Part shown: positions 18,538 through 28,651 of the stretch, one piece after another
Layout of the letters: every line of letters begins with the position of its first letter
Position numbering within the stretch: the first letter of the stretch is position 1
DNA from: an uncultured Sangeribacter sp.
Lineage (GTDB): Bacteria; Bacteroidota; Bacteroidia; Bacteroidales; Muribaculaceae
Assembly (NCBI GenBank): GCA_964588625.1
Contig: CAZPQD010000001.1
Coordinates: forward strand, 6,023-70,022
Direction of reading: 5' to 3'
DNA: 64,000 bases
The notes under the pieces: generated by a model
What the model saw: only the letters and a program-made list of their open reading frames with translations
Told to the model about the DNA's origin: nothing
Database searches by the model: none
Program-made: the position numbers and the translations under genes

Positions 18538-20002
18538 CCCTCCTCTCCTTTCTGGAGGCATCTATGCGGAGCAAGATGAATAGCAGGATGGTGAAGCCCC
18601 AGAGTGCAGAGCCTCCGTAGCTGAAGAAAGGCAAAGGAATACCGATGACAGGACACAGGCCTATTACCATCCCGACATTTATGCAGAGATGGAATATGAG
18701 GAAGGAGACGACACAGTAGGCATACACTCTCCCGAAGGCCGTGCGTTGTCGTTCGGCGATATGTATCAGGCGAAGAATAAGCGCGAGAAAGATTACGAGC
18801 ACAGCGGATGCTCCTACAAAGCCCTCCTCCTCTCCGATGGTGCAGAAGATAAAGTCCGTATGCTGTTCGGGCACATACTTGAGTTTAGTCTGAGTACCAT
18901 TAAGGAATCCTTTGCCGCTGAGTCCTCCGGAGCCAATCGCAATCTTCGATTGATTGACATTATATCCTGCGCCACGAAGGTCTTCCTCAATGCCGAGTGC
19001 CACCTTGATACGAATCTGCTGGTGTGGCTCGAGCACATTGCCGAAAACATAGTTGACTGAGAAAAGAAATCCTACCGAAACTGCCACAAAGCCAATCGTC
19101 ACGAGATATTTCTTCATCCTATGGCGAAACATTCCAACAGCAGTGTAGCCAAGTCCAAGACCGATGATGGTAAGGAAATATGCAGTGCCATTGACGTGGA
19201 CGCCACATAGGGCAAGTATGGCCACCACTATTCCGGAAATGATGAATCCTCCTATGACATTGCGGGAGATGAAGAAATCCCTGCAATAAAAAAGAAGCAT
19301 ACAGGAGAAAATCACAAGTATGAGGATGAATACGGAAAATTCACCAACCGGCATACCTATGATCATCGGCTCTGTAAATTTAACGGCGACCACAAAATAT
19401 GTGATTGCACATAGGGCAGAGAAGAGCACCAATCCGCTCATACCCTCCCGATAGAGCACGAAGATAAGCGAAATATATACGAGAGCGCTTCCCGTCTCCT
19501 TCTGCATCAGGATGAGGATGATGGGAAGAAATATGATGATAAAAGCCCGGTAATAATTGCTTATCTTCGCATTCAGAGAGAAGTTGTAACTGTCGAAAAG
19601 TTTTGCCAAAGCAAGGGCAGTAGCGAATTTACCGAACTCCGCCGGCTGAAGACTTATGGGACCGAAAACGAGCCATGACCTCGAACCCTTTATATCCGGA
19701 GCCAGAAAAATCGTGACTATTAGCAATAGGATCACAGCTCCATATATCGGATATGCGTAGGCTTCATAGAGTCTGTAATCCAGAAGAAGAATCACACATC
19801 CAATAATTATCGACAATCCTATCCACATGAATTGCTTGCCCGAGAACTCGCCGAAATCAAACATGCTTGCATGGTCGAAGTCATAGCTGGCAGCATAGAT
19901 GCTGACGGCCCCGGCTGATACGAGTATCAGGTAAAGTAAGATCGTAATCCAGTCGAGTGAACGGAATACGGATACATTTGCTTCAGTGCTTCTTGACTCC
20001 AC
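18533..20002 (-). CDS. rodA: Rod shape-determining SEDS protein RodA
   Basis: IKGSRSW, QPAEFGK, GYNVNQSKIAIGSGG, PEQHTDFIF, PFFSYGGS. GTG 20002 is the likely start (ORF track gives 20011). Confidence 0.95.
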   Translation of the reverse strand: MESRSTEANVSVFRSLDWITILLYLILVSAGAVSIYAASYDFDHASMFDFGEFSGKQFMWIGLSIIIGCVILLLDYRLYEAYAYPIYGAVILLLIVTIFLAPDIKGSRSWLVFGPISLQPAEFGKFATALALAKLFDSYNFSLNAKISNYYRAFIIIFLPIILILMQKETGSALVYISLIFVLYREGMSGLVLFSALCAITYFVVAVKFTEPMIIGMPVGEFSVFILILVIFSCMLLFYCRDFFISRNVIGGFIISGIVVAILALCGVHVNGTAYFLTIIGLGLGYTAVGMFRHRMKKYLVTIGFVAVSVGFLFSVNYVFGNVLEPHQQIRIKVALGIEEDLRGAGYNVNQSKIAIGSGGLSGKGFLNGTQTKLKYVPEQHTDFIFCTIGEEEGFVGASAVLVIFLALILRLIHIAERQRTAFGRVYAYCVVSFLIFHLCINVGMVIGLCPVIGIPLPFFSYGGSALWGFTILLFILLRIDASRKERRD

Positions 20003-21836
20003 TGTTAACAATCGTATTTGAATTCAACATTCTTTCTTCGAGTCCTTTCCTGGCGGCTGAAATTTCTCCGTTGAGATATTTTTCCATCATCAGGCTACCG
20101 ATAGGCACACCGAATGCCGCACCAAAGCCGGCGTTCTCCACATAGACAGCTATTGCAATCTTCGGATTGTGGTAAGGTGCGAATCCCATGAATGCGGAGT
20201 GATCCTTGCCATGGGGATTCTGTGCTGTGCCCGTCTTTCCACACACTTCAATACCAGGCAGGTTTGCCAGACGGCATGTACCGCCCAAAACTGCCATTCT
20301 CATTCCTTCGGCCACCATGTCGTAATACTCCTTCTTTATCTTCGGACGATGAGCAGTGCGGTAACACTCATCGATGACACTGTCGGAAATCTCCTTCACC
20401 ACATGGGGTGTATAGAAGAATCCACGGTTGGCTATCGTGGCGCAGAGATTGGCGATCTGAAGGGGAGTAGCCAGCACTTCACCCTGCCCGATGGAGATGG
20501 AGATGACGGAATTGCCGTTCCATTTTCCACCCCGGAATCTTTTCCCGTAATATTCCGCGTTGGGTATGAGTCCGCGTCGTTCCGATGGAAGATCGATGCC
20601 CAGCTTGTATCCATAGCCCATCTCCACGAGATAATCTTTCCATTTAGTGAGCTGAGCCGGAGTAGTGGACCCCTTCCTGTCGAGGAAATTCTTCAGGCCC
20701 CAGCAGAAATATGCGTTGCAGGAAGTCTGGAGAGCAGGAAGCAGGGATATAGGTGAAGCATGGCCGTGGCATCCGACGCGTAAGCCGTTAATGTAGCCAT
20801 GATGACAGGGATACCGAGTCTGAGCGTTCACTACTCCCTCCTGAAGGAAGATAAGACCTTGGGTCGGTTTGAAGGTAGAGCCTGGGGGATAAGCAGCCTG
20901 AATAGCACGGTCGTAAAGCGGTTTTAGGGGATCCATCACAAGTTGTGAATAATTCTTGCCCCTTTGTTTTCCCACAAGCAGATTGGGATCATAGCTCGGT
21001 GATGTCACCAAAGCCAGAATCTCACCTGTGGAAGGTTCGATGGCCACGATGGCTCCAATTTTATTTCGCATCAATTGCTCGCCATATTCCTGAAGTTCCA
21101 TATCGATGGAGAGTGTCAGGTTATGACCGGAGACGGGAGCACGGTCGTGCATCCCGTTTTCATATTTCCCCTTGATGCGCCCGGAGGCATCCTTCATGAG
21201 GATTTCCACTCCCTTCTCGCCCCGAAGAGCCTTCTCATAACTTTTCTCTACACCGAGGTCGCCGGTATAGTCACCCGGACGGTAATAACGGTCGCTGTCG
21301 ATGTCTACTGCAGACACCTCTCGGATGTTGCCGAGAATGTTGGCTCCAGCATTATAGCCATACTCCCGGACGGTACGTTTCTGGATAAAGAAGCCGGGGA
21401 AGAGATAGAGCTTCTCCTGCAGTCGTCCGTAGTCGGCCTGCGAGAGATGCGATATGAGTTTCTGAGGAGTGTAAGCTGAATAACCGGGATTGGATTTCGG
21501 ATTCTTCATCTCCTGCCATTTCAACAGAAGCTCCTCTTTTGAGATATTCAGAGCTTCGCAAAGTGCGATTGTGTCAAACTTGCCGACGTCCTTAGGGATC
21601 ATCATGACGTCGTAGGCCGCCTGGTTGAATACTATAAGTTTCCCGTTGCGGTCATACATCAATCCTCGGGCAGGATAAATTACCCGGCGCAGAAAGGCAT
21701 TGCTTTCAGCGTTTTCCTTATATTTATCGGTTGCTACCTGAAGACTGAAAAGCCTGACGAGATATATGACCACAATCAGGGCCACGAACCCCCCGATTAT
21801 GTATTTTCTATTGTCAAGACTATGATCTTTTCTCAC
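19983..21836 (-). CDS. mrdA: Penicillin-binding protein 2
   Basis: RGLMYDRNG, STFK (SxxK), SCN (SxN), KTGT; located in the mre operon. Confidence 0.95.
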   Translation of the reverse strand: MRKDHSLDNRKYIIGGFVALIVVIYLVRLFSLQVATDKYKENAESNAFLRRVIYPARGLMYDRNGKLIVFNQAAYDVMMIPKDVGKFDTIALCEALNISKEELLLKWQEMKNPKSNPGYSAYTPQKLISHLSQADYGRLQEKLYLFPGFFIQKRTVREYGYNAGANILGNIREVSAVDIDSDRYYRPGDYTGDLGVEKSYEKALRGEKGVEILMKDASGRIKGKYENGMHDRAPVSGHNLTLSIDMELQEYGEQLMRNKIGAIVAIEPSTGEILALVTSPSYDPNLLVGKQRGKNYSQLVMDPLKPLYDRAIQAAYPPGSTFKPTQGLIFLQEGVVNAQTRYPCHHGYINGLRVGCHGHASPISLLPALQTSCNAYFCWGLKNFLDRKGSTTPAQLTKWKDYLVEMGYGYKLGIDLPSERRGLIPNAEYYGKRFRGGKWNGNSVISISIGQGEVLATPLQIANLCATIANRGFFYTPHVVKEISDSVIDECYRTAHRPKIKKEYYDMVAEGMRMAVLGGTCRLANLPGIEVCGKTGTAQNPHGKDHSAFMGFAPYHNPKIAIAVYVENAGFGAAFGVPIGSLMMEKYLNGEISAARKGLEERMLNSNTIVNSGVKKH

Positions 21837-22341
21837 GTTTGGTAATTATTAGACTGTCGAAGCCAAGCAAAAGTAAGAAAGTGAGAACTCCGCTTGAAAC
21901 TGACATTATCAATATATCCTTAACGTCGGCAAAGCTGAAATATTCTATGCAGAATGCCATCAGGCAATAGACAGTCGAGAGTGTAAGAAGAAACTTTGAA
22001 AAAACTGCAGGTCCCATGCTGGAGAGACCCGGTACAACCTCTTCCGACCTGTCATCGCGCTGCACATATGCGAAGAACACCGGTTTTTTCATCACGGATA
22101 GCAGCGTGCAAGCAAGAGAGTTGACTCCCAATGTGTCGGAAAAGAGGTCTACCATGAATCCGAGCAGGAAGGAGAGTGTGAAGAGCAGCGACCTACTCAT
22201 ACCTATCGGAAGCTTCACGATGAAATAGATGAAGACCATAGGCACTGCCACATTGAACAGGGCTATATGGTTGCATATCAGCACCTGTACGAGCAGCATC
22301 ACAATGAAGAGGAATGCATATTTGAAAATCTCTCTGTTCAT
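21820..22341 (-). CDS. mreD: Rod shape-determining protein MreD
   Basis: Hydrophobic, GFMVDLFSDTLG motif, between mreC and mrdA. Confidence 0.88.
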   Translation of the reverse strand: MNREIFKYAFLFIVMLLVQVLICNHIALFNVAVPMVFIYFIVKLPIGMSRSLLFTLSFLLGFMVDLFSDTLGVNSLACTLLSVMKKPVFFAYVQRDDRSEEVVPGLSSMGPAVFSKFLLTLSTVYCLMAFCIEYFSFADVKDILIMSVSSGVLTFLLLLGFDSLIITKREKRS

Positions 22342-22359
22342 GGTAGGGTATGAGTCTTA

Positions 22360-23205
22360 TCAATCCTCTATTTTCATGTCGAATTGTGCGAGAGAGTCGA
22401 GCTCCTCCTTATAGAAATCCTTGATCACCCTCACAGTACTCAATGATCCGAACCGCGAGGCGAGCCGAAGCTTCAGTGTGAAGAAATTGTCGTCTGCTCC
22501 CTTGACGCGTGCCATTACATAGCCTACGGGCAATCCTTCCGGGAACGTGGTGGAATAGCCGCTTGTCACAACTGTGTCGCCAACGTTGTATTTTACGTGG
22601 CGGGGCACTTCCTCCATATAGACCACATTAGGGTCGCCTCCATGCCATGAAAGAGACCCTACGTAAGGAGTCCCCTTCAGCTTCACTGAAAAATGCTGAG
22701 TCTGGTTGAGCAGTGAGATTATTCTCGATGTGTTGGGACCGCTGACATTAACTATACCAACGATTCCGTTCTGGTCAACAACACCCATGCCGGGTTTCAG
22801 GCCATCCTCATATCCCTTATTGATTGTGAAGTAATTACGGGGATGACGGATGGAGTTATTGATTACCGAGGCACTGATATAGTCAAACCTTACGGTTTTG
22901 TCCATGGCTGAAGAATCATTGACGAGAGTCCTTATCTCTGAAAGCTCATTTTTCAGATTTAGCAGCTCATTCTCAAGCTGGGCGTTGCGTTCCTGAAGGT
23001 CGGCGTTGATCTGGCGCAGGTTGAAGTAGCCTGTGACGCCGGAAGCTACGTTATAGACACTTCCCGTCACATGACTGGCAGAAGTCAGGAACACCGATTG
23101 CTGATAGGCATTGTCAGTGAAAAGAAGCACACAACTCAGCAGCACATAGAACGTAAAAACGAACCATGTGCTGTATCGTAGCAGAAAATTGAGAAGATTT
23201 CTCAC
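22360..23205 (-). CDS. mreC: Rod shape-determining protein MreC
   Basis: TM plus coiled coil; INKG, GIVG, GDTVVTSG, FPEGLPVG. Confidence 0.93.
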   Translation of the reverse strand: MRNLLNFLLRYSTWFVFTFYVLLSCVLLFTDNAYQQSVFLTSASHVTGSVYNVASGVTGYFNLRQINADLQERNAQLENELLNLKNELSEIRTLVNDSSAMDKTVRFDYISASVINNSIRHPRNYFTINKGYEDGLKPGMGVVDQNGIVGIVNVSGPNTSRIISLLNQTQHFSVKLKGTPYVGSLSWHGGDPNVVYMEEVPRHVKYNVGDTVVTSGYSTTFPEGLPVGYVMARVKGADDNFFTLKLRLASRFGSLSTVRVIKDFYKEELDSLAQFDMKIED

Positions 23206-23262
23206 TGCAATTTCTGAATTGTAGACTTACTTGTCTTTCTTGACTAACTTGGCTATCGTGAC

Positions 23263-24282
23263 TTACTTGATGAGGAAGGAGAAGCGGTTGATATTCTTGA
23301 GGGCGACACCTGTGCCGCGCGCAACAGCGTGCAATGGATCGTCGGCAATCTTGAATTCAATGCGGATCTTATCGGTGAGTCGTTTGGAAAGGCCGTGAAG
23401 AAGCGCGCCTCCTCCTGCAAGGTAAATGCCGTTCTTCATGATGTCGGCATAAAGCTCCGGCGGAGTCTGTTCCAGGGCAGCAAGGATGGCATCCTCCATC
23501 GTGGAGATGGTCTTCTCTATGCAATGGTAGATCTCCTCATGATTCACAGGTACCTCCATCGGCAGAGAAGTCATCTTGTTGGAACCGCGTACAATGAATG
23601 GTTCCGGGGGATTGTCAAGCACGGGAAGTGCAGATCCTACAGCTATCTTAATCTGCTCGGCCGTGCTCGAACCAACTTTCAGGTTGTGCACTCGGCCCAT
23701 ATGTTCCTGAATATCGGCAGTCAGATCATTGCCTGCGATGCGGATACTCTTGTTGCTGACGATGCCTCCGAGTGAGATGACGGCGATTTCCGTTGAGCCA
23801 CCGCCTATGTCGACGATCATGTTGCCGTCAGGCGCCTCAACATCGAGACCTATACCGAGGGCAGCTGCCATCGGCTCCTGAATCATATAGACATCGCGGC
23901 CTCCGGCATGCTCCGACGAATCTCGAACGGCACGCATCTCAACTTCCGTAGAGCCCGAAGGGATACATACCACCATGCGGAGTGAGGGTGAAAACCAGCG
24001 ACGCTTGGAGCTGACCATCTTCACCATGCCGCGGATCATCATCTCAGCAGCTTTGAAGTCAGCAATCACTCCGTCGCGAAGCGGACGTACGGTGCGGATG
24101 CCGGGAGGTTCCTTACCCTCCATACGGTGGGCCTCCATGCCGACCGCCACCATCTTCTCCGTTTTATTCTCTATGGCGACGACACTCGGCTCGTCGACCA
24201 CTATCTTGTCGTTATGTATGATGATGGAATTGGCTGTGCCCAAGTCCATTGCTATTTCCTGTGTGAATGAAAAAAAACCCAT
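23263..24282 (-). CDS. mreB: Actin-like rod shape-determining protein MreB
   Basis: DLGTAN, RPLRDGVIADF, EPMAAA, DIGGGSTE, GGGALL. Confidence 0.97.
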   Translation of the reverse strand: MGFFSFTQEIAMDLGTANSIIIHNDKIVVDEPSVVAIENKTEKMVAVGMEAHRMEGKEPPGIRTVRPLRDGVIADFKAAEMMIRGMVKMVSSKRRWFSPSLRMVVCIPSGSTEVEMRAVRDSSEHAGGRDVYMIQEPMAAALGIGLDVEAPDGNMIVDIGGGSTEIAVISLGGIVSNKSIRIAGNDLTADIQEHMGRVHNLKVGSSTAEQIKIAVGSALPVLDNPPEPFIVRGSNKMTSLPMEVPVNHEEIYHCIEKTISTMEDAILAALEQTPPELYADIMKNGIYLAGGGALLHGLSKRLTDKIRIEFKIADDPLHAVARGTGVALKNINRFSFLIK

Positions 24283-24323
24283 CTGAAACTTTCAGTTAAG
24301 TAATGATAATCATTATTGACTCG

Positions 24324-24355
24324 CAAAATTACAAAAAATTTTTTTCATACACAAA
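24324..24355 (-). promoter_or_regulatory. SigmaA promoter of the mre operon
   Basis: Minus strand TTTG (24355-24352), N20, TAATTTTG (24331-24324). Confidence 0.7.
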
Positions 24356-24360
24356 GGAAA

Positions 24361-24395
24361 GGCCGAAGAGAGAAAAAGAATTTCTCTCTTCGGCC
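24361..24395 (-). terminator. Stem-loop terminator after the gyrA-TPR operon
   Basis: 15-bp perfect stem GGCCGAAGAGAGAAA / TTTCTCTCTTCGGCC. Confidence 0.7.
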
Positions 24396-24471
24396 AAAAA
24401 ATAAAATCATGAATCTCTGAGAAGAGTTCCGTGGGAAAAGGTCAGAGTTGGCAATCGCCAACCTACTTTTC

Positions 24472-25665
24472 TCAGAATTTACCCTTATTGAGCTCGAGAA
24501 GATATTCGAGATTATCGAGCACGTTGTTGAGTTCAGGATCGTTGGGATTGATTGAGGCTGCCTTGTCTCCTACAGAGTTTGCCCACTGCCAATAATTCTC
24601 ATAAGCGTTCTGGCGCTTTGCATTGTCCTCGGCAGTTGTGCCCTGAACCTCACTCCAGAGTTCCTGACCTCTCTTGAGCATGAAGATGCAGGTGTTCTTG
24701 AGAGACTCGAAGTCTGCGTTCTCCATGGAGGCAACCTTGCGATAGTCTGCCTCGGCGGCCTCTACGTCACCCTTGCGGTTCTCAACGAAAGCACGCAGGG
24801 AGTAGAGATTGGCAGCGTCAGGATTCGCAGCGATATTCTCACCAACGAGTGCGATTGCGTCGTCGATCTTATTCTGACTTACGAGGCAATTAACGAGATT
24901 GCTGAGGAAGATGGGTTTCTCAACACCGAACTTCTCATTGCCTGCCTGTGCAATTTCATAAATGTGTTCTTGGGCAGTAGCCTCCAGAGAGGGATCATTC
25001 TTGGCCATACTCTGCCAGCAGGCAAGCTCGTAGATGTAAGCTTCGTCTGAGTCATAGCCATTAAGACGTGCCTGACGGAATGCTTCTGCTGCTTTCTCCA
25101 CCTGATTGCCTGAATATGCTCCCAGGCCGGCGTTGAAGTAAGCAGTGGCACGGTCGATGCCTTCACCGGGAGTGTTGGCATAGATCATGAAGGCCTCATA
25201 TGCCTCTGGGTAATATTTTTTATTATTGAAGGCATTCGCTCCGGCGGTGAAGAACTCCTGGGAGTGTGCAGCGATTTTTGAATGGATGTTCTTTGAATAT
25301 TTGGGCTTCACCTGTCCCTTCTCATTGGGAAGAGAGTCGAGGGGAAGTGCCTGCAGGAAATAGTTGTAGCCGTTGAGAAGCTGTGTGGCCATGGCGGCAG
25401 GGTCAACGGCAGGATCTTCCGGATTGATCATCTGGAGGGCACGGGCCTTGTCGTAAGCGTCCCATTCGATGTTTCCGGCGACATAGTAAGTCTCTGCGGC
25501 GTTGGAAGTCTCGACATTCTTCATCGCACCCTGGATGAGTTCACGGGCCTCCTCGATCTTGTCAATCTTGCCTGAGAGCTTCTTGGCATCGGCTACAGCC
25601 TGTTTCTGAGCGAAAGCTCCGGAAACGGTTGCGGCACAAAGCGCAAGCATTAAGATCTTTTTCAT
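24472..25665 (-). CDS. Exported tetratricopeptide-repeat protein
   Basis: Signal peptide ending AFA; TPR-like helices (AYFNAG...A, P..A.LY.LRA...A..DY). Confidence 0.8.
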   Translation of the reverse strand: MKKILMLALCAATVSGAFAQKQAVADAKKLSGKIDKIEEARELIQGAMKNVETSNAAETYYVAGNIEWDAYDKARALQMINPEDPAVDPAAMATQLLNGYNYFLQALPLDSLPNEKGQVKPKYSKNIHSKIAAHSQEFFTAGANAFNNKKYYPEAYEAFMIYANTPGEGIDRATAYFNAGLGAYSGNQVEKAAEAFRQARLNGYDSDEAYIYELACWQSMAKNDPSLEATAQEHIYEIAQAGNEKFGVEKPIFLSNLVNCLVSQNKIDDAIALVGENIAANPDAANLYSLRAFVENRKGDVEAAEADYRKVASMENADFESLKNTCIFMLKRGQELWSEVQGTTAEDNAKRQNAYENYWQWANSVGDKAASINPNDPELNNVLDNLEYLLELNKGKF

Positions 25666-25685
25666 ATCACTTTATTTTTAGGTTT

Positions 25686-28346
25686 TTAATTCTCTTGATT
25701 TGTAGGTTCTTGAAGTTCCTGAGGATTTTCAGACTCCTCCTCCTCAATCTCCTTTTCAGGGTCGGAATCCACCTTGCAGACGGAGGCGATTGTCTCCCCT
25801 CGCTTGTTGAGCTCAATGAGCTTCACTCCCTGGGTGTTGCGACCTGTCACACGTACCGAACTTACGGGCACGCGGAGTGTGATGCCACTCTGGTTGATGA
25901 TCATGAGGTCATTCTCATCTGTCACCATCTGTATGGCCACAAGATCGCCCGTGCGGTCCGTAATGTTCATGGTCTTCACACCCTTGCCGCCACGGTTGGT
26001 GATTCTGTAATCGTCAATGATGGAGCGTTTGCCATAACCCTTGCTGCTGACCACCATGATTGTCTCCTGAGTGGGATCGGAGTCTGCCTCTATGGTATTT
26101 GTTTCAGCATCAACTGTCTCTTCAGACTCCACTATCTCCATTTCAACTACCTCTCCCTCCTGAGTCTCTTCAACGAGGTCAAGAATAGTGTCGTCGGTTT
26201 CTTCCGGACGCTGGCAGCGGGCCGGGAATGTCACCATGCCGATGACCTCATCGTCGGCGCCATCAAGAGTCATGCCCTTCACTCCGGATGACATTCTTCC
26301 CATCTCCCTGACTTTCGACTCATGGAAACGGATTGCGCGTCCCTTGCGGTCGGCAAGAACGACTTCCGAGTTGCCATCGGTCAGTCGTACCTGAAGCAGG
26401 GAGTCGCCTTCGCGGATTACGATGGCATTCACTCCGTTGGCGCGAGGACGGGAATAAGCCTTGAGAGATGTCTTCTTAATTATACCCTGCTTGGTGCAGA
26501 AGATGAGGTTGTGGTTTACGGTGTACTGCTCGTCATTCAGATGTTTGATTCGGATGAAGGCATTCACGCTGTCGTCCGGATCGATATTGAGAAGGTTCTG
26601 GATCGCGCGTCCCTTGGAATTCTTTCCGGCCTCAGGAATCTCATATACCTTAAGCCAATAGCATCTTCCCTTATTTGTGAAGAAGAGCATGTAGTTATGA
26701 TTCGTGGCCGGATAGATATACTCGATGAAGTCATTGTCTCGAGTAGTGCTACCCTTGCTTCCAAGTCCTCCGCGATGCTGAGCGCGGAAGTCGGAGAGGG
26801 GAGTGCGCTTGATGTAGCCGAGATGAGAGATGGTGATGATCATCTGGTCGTCTGGATAGAAATCCTCGGCGTTGAAATCTCCGGAGAAGGGATTCACGCG
26901 GGTGCGACGTTCATCGCCATATTTGTCGCGGATCTCGATAATCTCATCTTTCATCACCTTGCGGCAGGTCTCGTCGTTGGATAGAATCTCGTTGTACCAG
27001 GCGATGAGTTTCATCAGTTCATCATACTCTCCGCGCAATTTATCCATCTCAAGTCCGGTGAGCTGGCGCAGACGCATCTCCACTATGGCGCGAGTCTGCA
27101 CGTCGTCGAGCTCAAAGCGGTCGGCCAGGCGAGTGCGCGCTTCCTCAGTGGTTCGCGAAGAGCGGATGATATGTATCACTTCGTCTATATTGTCGCAGGC
27201 AATCATCAGGCCCTTTAGAATATGGGCGCGTTCCTCGGCCTTACGCAATTCATAGCGAGTGCGGCGAAGCACTATCTCATGGCGGTGTTCCACGAAAGCC
27301 TGGAGGAGTTCCTTGAGGTTGAGGGTCTTCGGACGACCATTGACGAGAGCCACATTGTTCACACTGAAGGAAGTCTGCAGCTGGGTCATCTTATAGAGCT
27401 TGTTGAGGATCACCTTTGCATTGGCATCACGTTTGATGTCAATTGCGATGTGCATCTTGCCTCGGGCTGAAGTGTCGGTGATATCGGAAATACCATCTAT
27501 CTTCTTCTCCTCCACAAGGTCGGCGATACTCTTCACGAGATCATTCTTTATGACTCCGTAAGGTATCTCGGAGATAATTATCTGGTCATGATTGCCATCG
27601 GATTCAATTTCCGCCTTTGCCCGGATCACGATGCGACCGCGTCCCGTCTCATAGGCGGCCTTCACTCCGGCAGTACCGAAGATTTCACCTCCTGTCGGGA
27701 AGTCGGGGGCGGTGACATATTCCATAAGACCCTCCACGTCAAGATCGGGATTATCAATGAGGGCCAGGGAGGCGTTGAGGGCTTCAGTAAGGTTGTGGGG
27801 AGGCATATTGGTGGCCATACCCACGGCTATACCGGAAGCACCGTTCACGAGAAGGTTGGGTATCCTCGTGGGAAGCACTGATGGCTCAGTGAGGGTGTTG
27901 TCGAAGTTGGGGACGAAGTCCACGGTATCCTTGTCAAGGTCCTGAAGCATCTCCTCACCCATGCGTGCGAGCTTCACCTCCGTGTAACGCATGGCCGCCG
28001 GCGAGTCACCGTCGATCGAACCGAAGTTTCCCTGGCCGAAAACAAGAGGGTAACGCAACGACCATTCCTGAGCGAGGCGCACCATTGTGAGATAGATTGA
28101 CGAGTCGCCGTGTGGGTGATACTTACCCATCACCTCACCTACCACACGTGCGGATTTCTTTGTGTCTCCCGAAAAACTGTTGCCAAGTTCGTTCATTCCG
28201 AACAGCACGCGCCGGTGAACAGGCTTGAAGCCGTCTCTGACATCGGGGAGCGCTCGCGACACAATGACCGACATCGAATAGTCGATGTAGGCGCTTTTCA
28301 TTTCCGATTCTATATTGATCGGAATAATTTTGTCATCTCCTTGCAT
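25686..28346 (-). CDS. gyrA: DNA gyrase subunit A
   Basis: RALPDVRDG, YHPHGD, catalytic AAMRYTE, GyrA-box QHRGGLG, beta-pinwheel repeats. Confidence 0.98.
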   Translation of the reverse strand: MQGDDKIIPINIESEMKSAYIDYSMSVIVSRALPDVRDGFKPVHRRVLFGMNELGNSFSGDTKKSARVVGEVMGKYHPHGDSSIYLTMVRLAQEWSLRYPLVFGQGNFGSIDGDSPAAMRYTEVKLARMGEEMLQDLDKDTVDFVPNFDNTLTEPSVLPTRIPNLLVNGASGIAVGMATNMPPHNLTEALNASLALIDNPDLDVEGLMEYVTAPDFPTGGEIFGTAGVKAAYETGRGRIVIRAKAEIESDGNHDQIIISEIPYGVIKNDLVKSIADLVEEKKIDGISDITDTSARGKMHIAIDIKRDANAKVILNKLYKMTQLQTSFSVNNVALVNGRPKTLNLKELLQAFVEHRHEIVLRRTRYELRKAEERAHILKGLMIACDNIDEVIHIIRSSRTTEEARTRLADRFELDDVQTRAIVEMRLRQLTGLEMDKLRGEYDELMKLIAWYNEILSNDETCRKVMKDEIIEIRDKYGDERRTRVNPFSGDFNAEDFYPDDQMIITISHLGYIKRTPLSDFRAQHRGGLGSKGSTTRDNDFIEYIYPATNHNYMLFFTNKGRCYWLKVYEIPEAGKNSKGRAIQNLLNIDPDDSVNAFIRIKHLNDEQYTVNHNLIFCTKQGIIKKTSLKAYSRPRANGVNAIVIREGDSLLQVRLTDGNSEVVLADRKGRAIRFHESKVREMGRMSSGVKGMTLDGADDEVIGMVTFPARCQRPEETDDTILDLVEETQEGEVVEMEIVESEETVDAETNTIEADSDPTQETIMVVSSKGYGKRSIIDDYRITNRGGKGVKTMNITDRTGDLVAIQMVTDENDLMIINQSGITLRVPVSSVRVTGRNTQGVKLIELNKRGETIASVCKVDSDPEKEIEEEESENPQELQEPTNQEN

Positions 28347-28441
28347 GTTGTCTAATTGTTAGCTATGAGCCCGCGACTTTCCCCGGATAGCTTCCATGAA
28401 CCTCCGGGCGGGTGGGAGGAGACATATCGCTGCTCAAGCTA

Positions 28442-28449
28442 CAAAATTA
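28442..28449 (-). promoter_or_regulatory. gyrA promoter -7 element
   Basis: caaaatta is TAATTTTG on the minus strand. Confidence 0.6.
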
Positions 28450-28651
28450 GGAATTTTTTCTGAATCCCACAAACCGCCATCAATTTTTTCAGAAAATCAT
28501 ATGCGTGAATGAAAAAACTCCCCTCCGTCTCTTCCATTTTTCCACTTTTTTTATTATCTTTGCAAATTTGAGGGAAAAGACGCAGATTCTTATCCATACT
28601 CTCCTCATCTCTTACTCTCCTCCCAACTTATGAAAATAAAGACACAACATA

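Noticed and set aside
24270-24277. Phase-variable homopolymer at the mreB start
   Set aside because: The T-run simply encodes Gly-Phe-Phe-Ser in an essential in-frame gene.
28085-28115. Quinolone-resistance mutation in the GyrA QRDR
   Set aside because: The Ser83-equivalent is Ser (HGDSSIY); a hydrophobic residue at the 87-equivalent is natural in Bacteroidales.
28360-28441. SRP (4.5S) RNA
   Set aside because: AGGT...GGAAGC is only superficially similar; the conserved CAGG-N-CCGGAAGG-N-AGCA helix 8 with its GNRA loop is absent.
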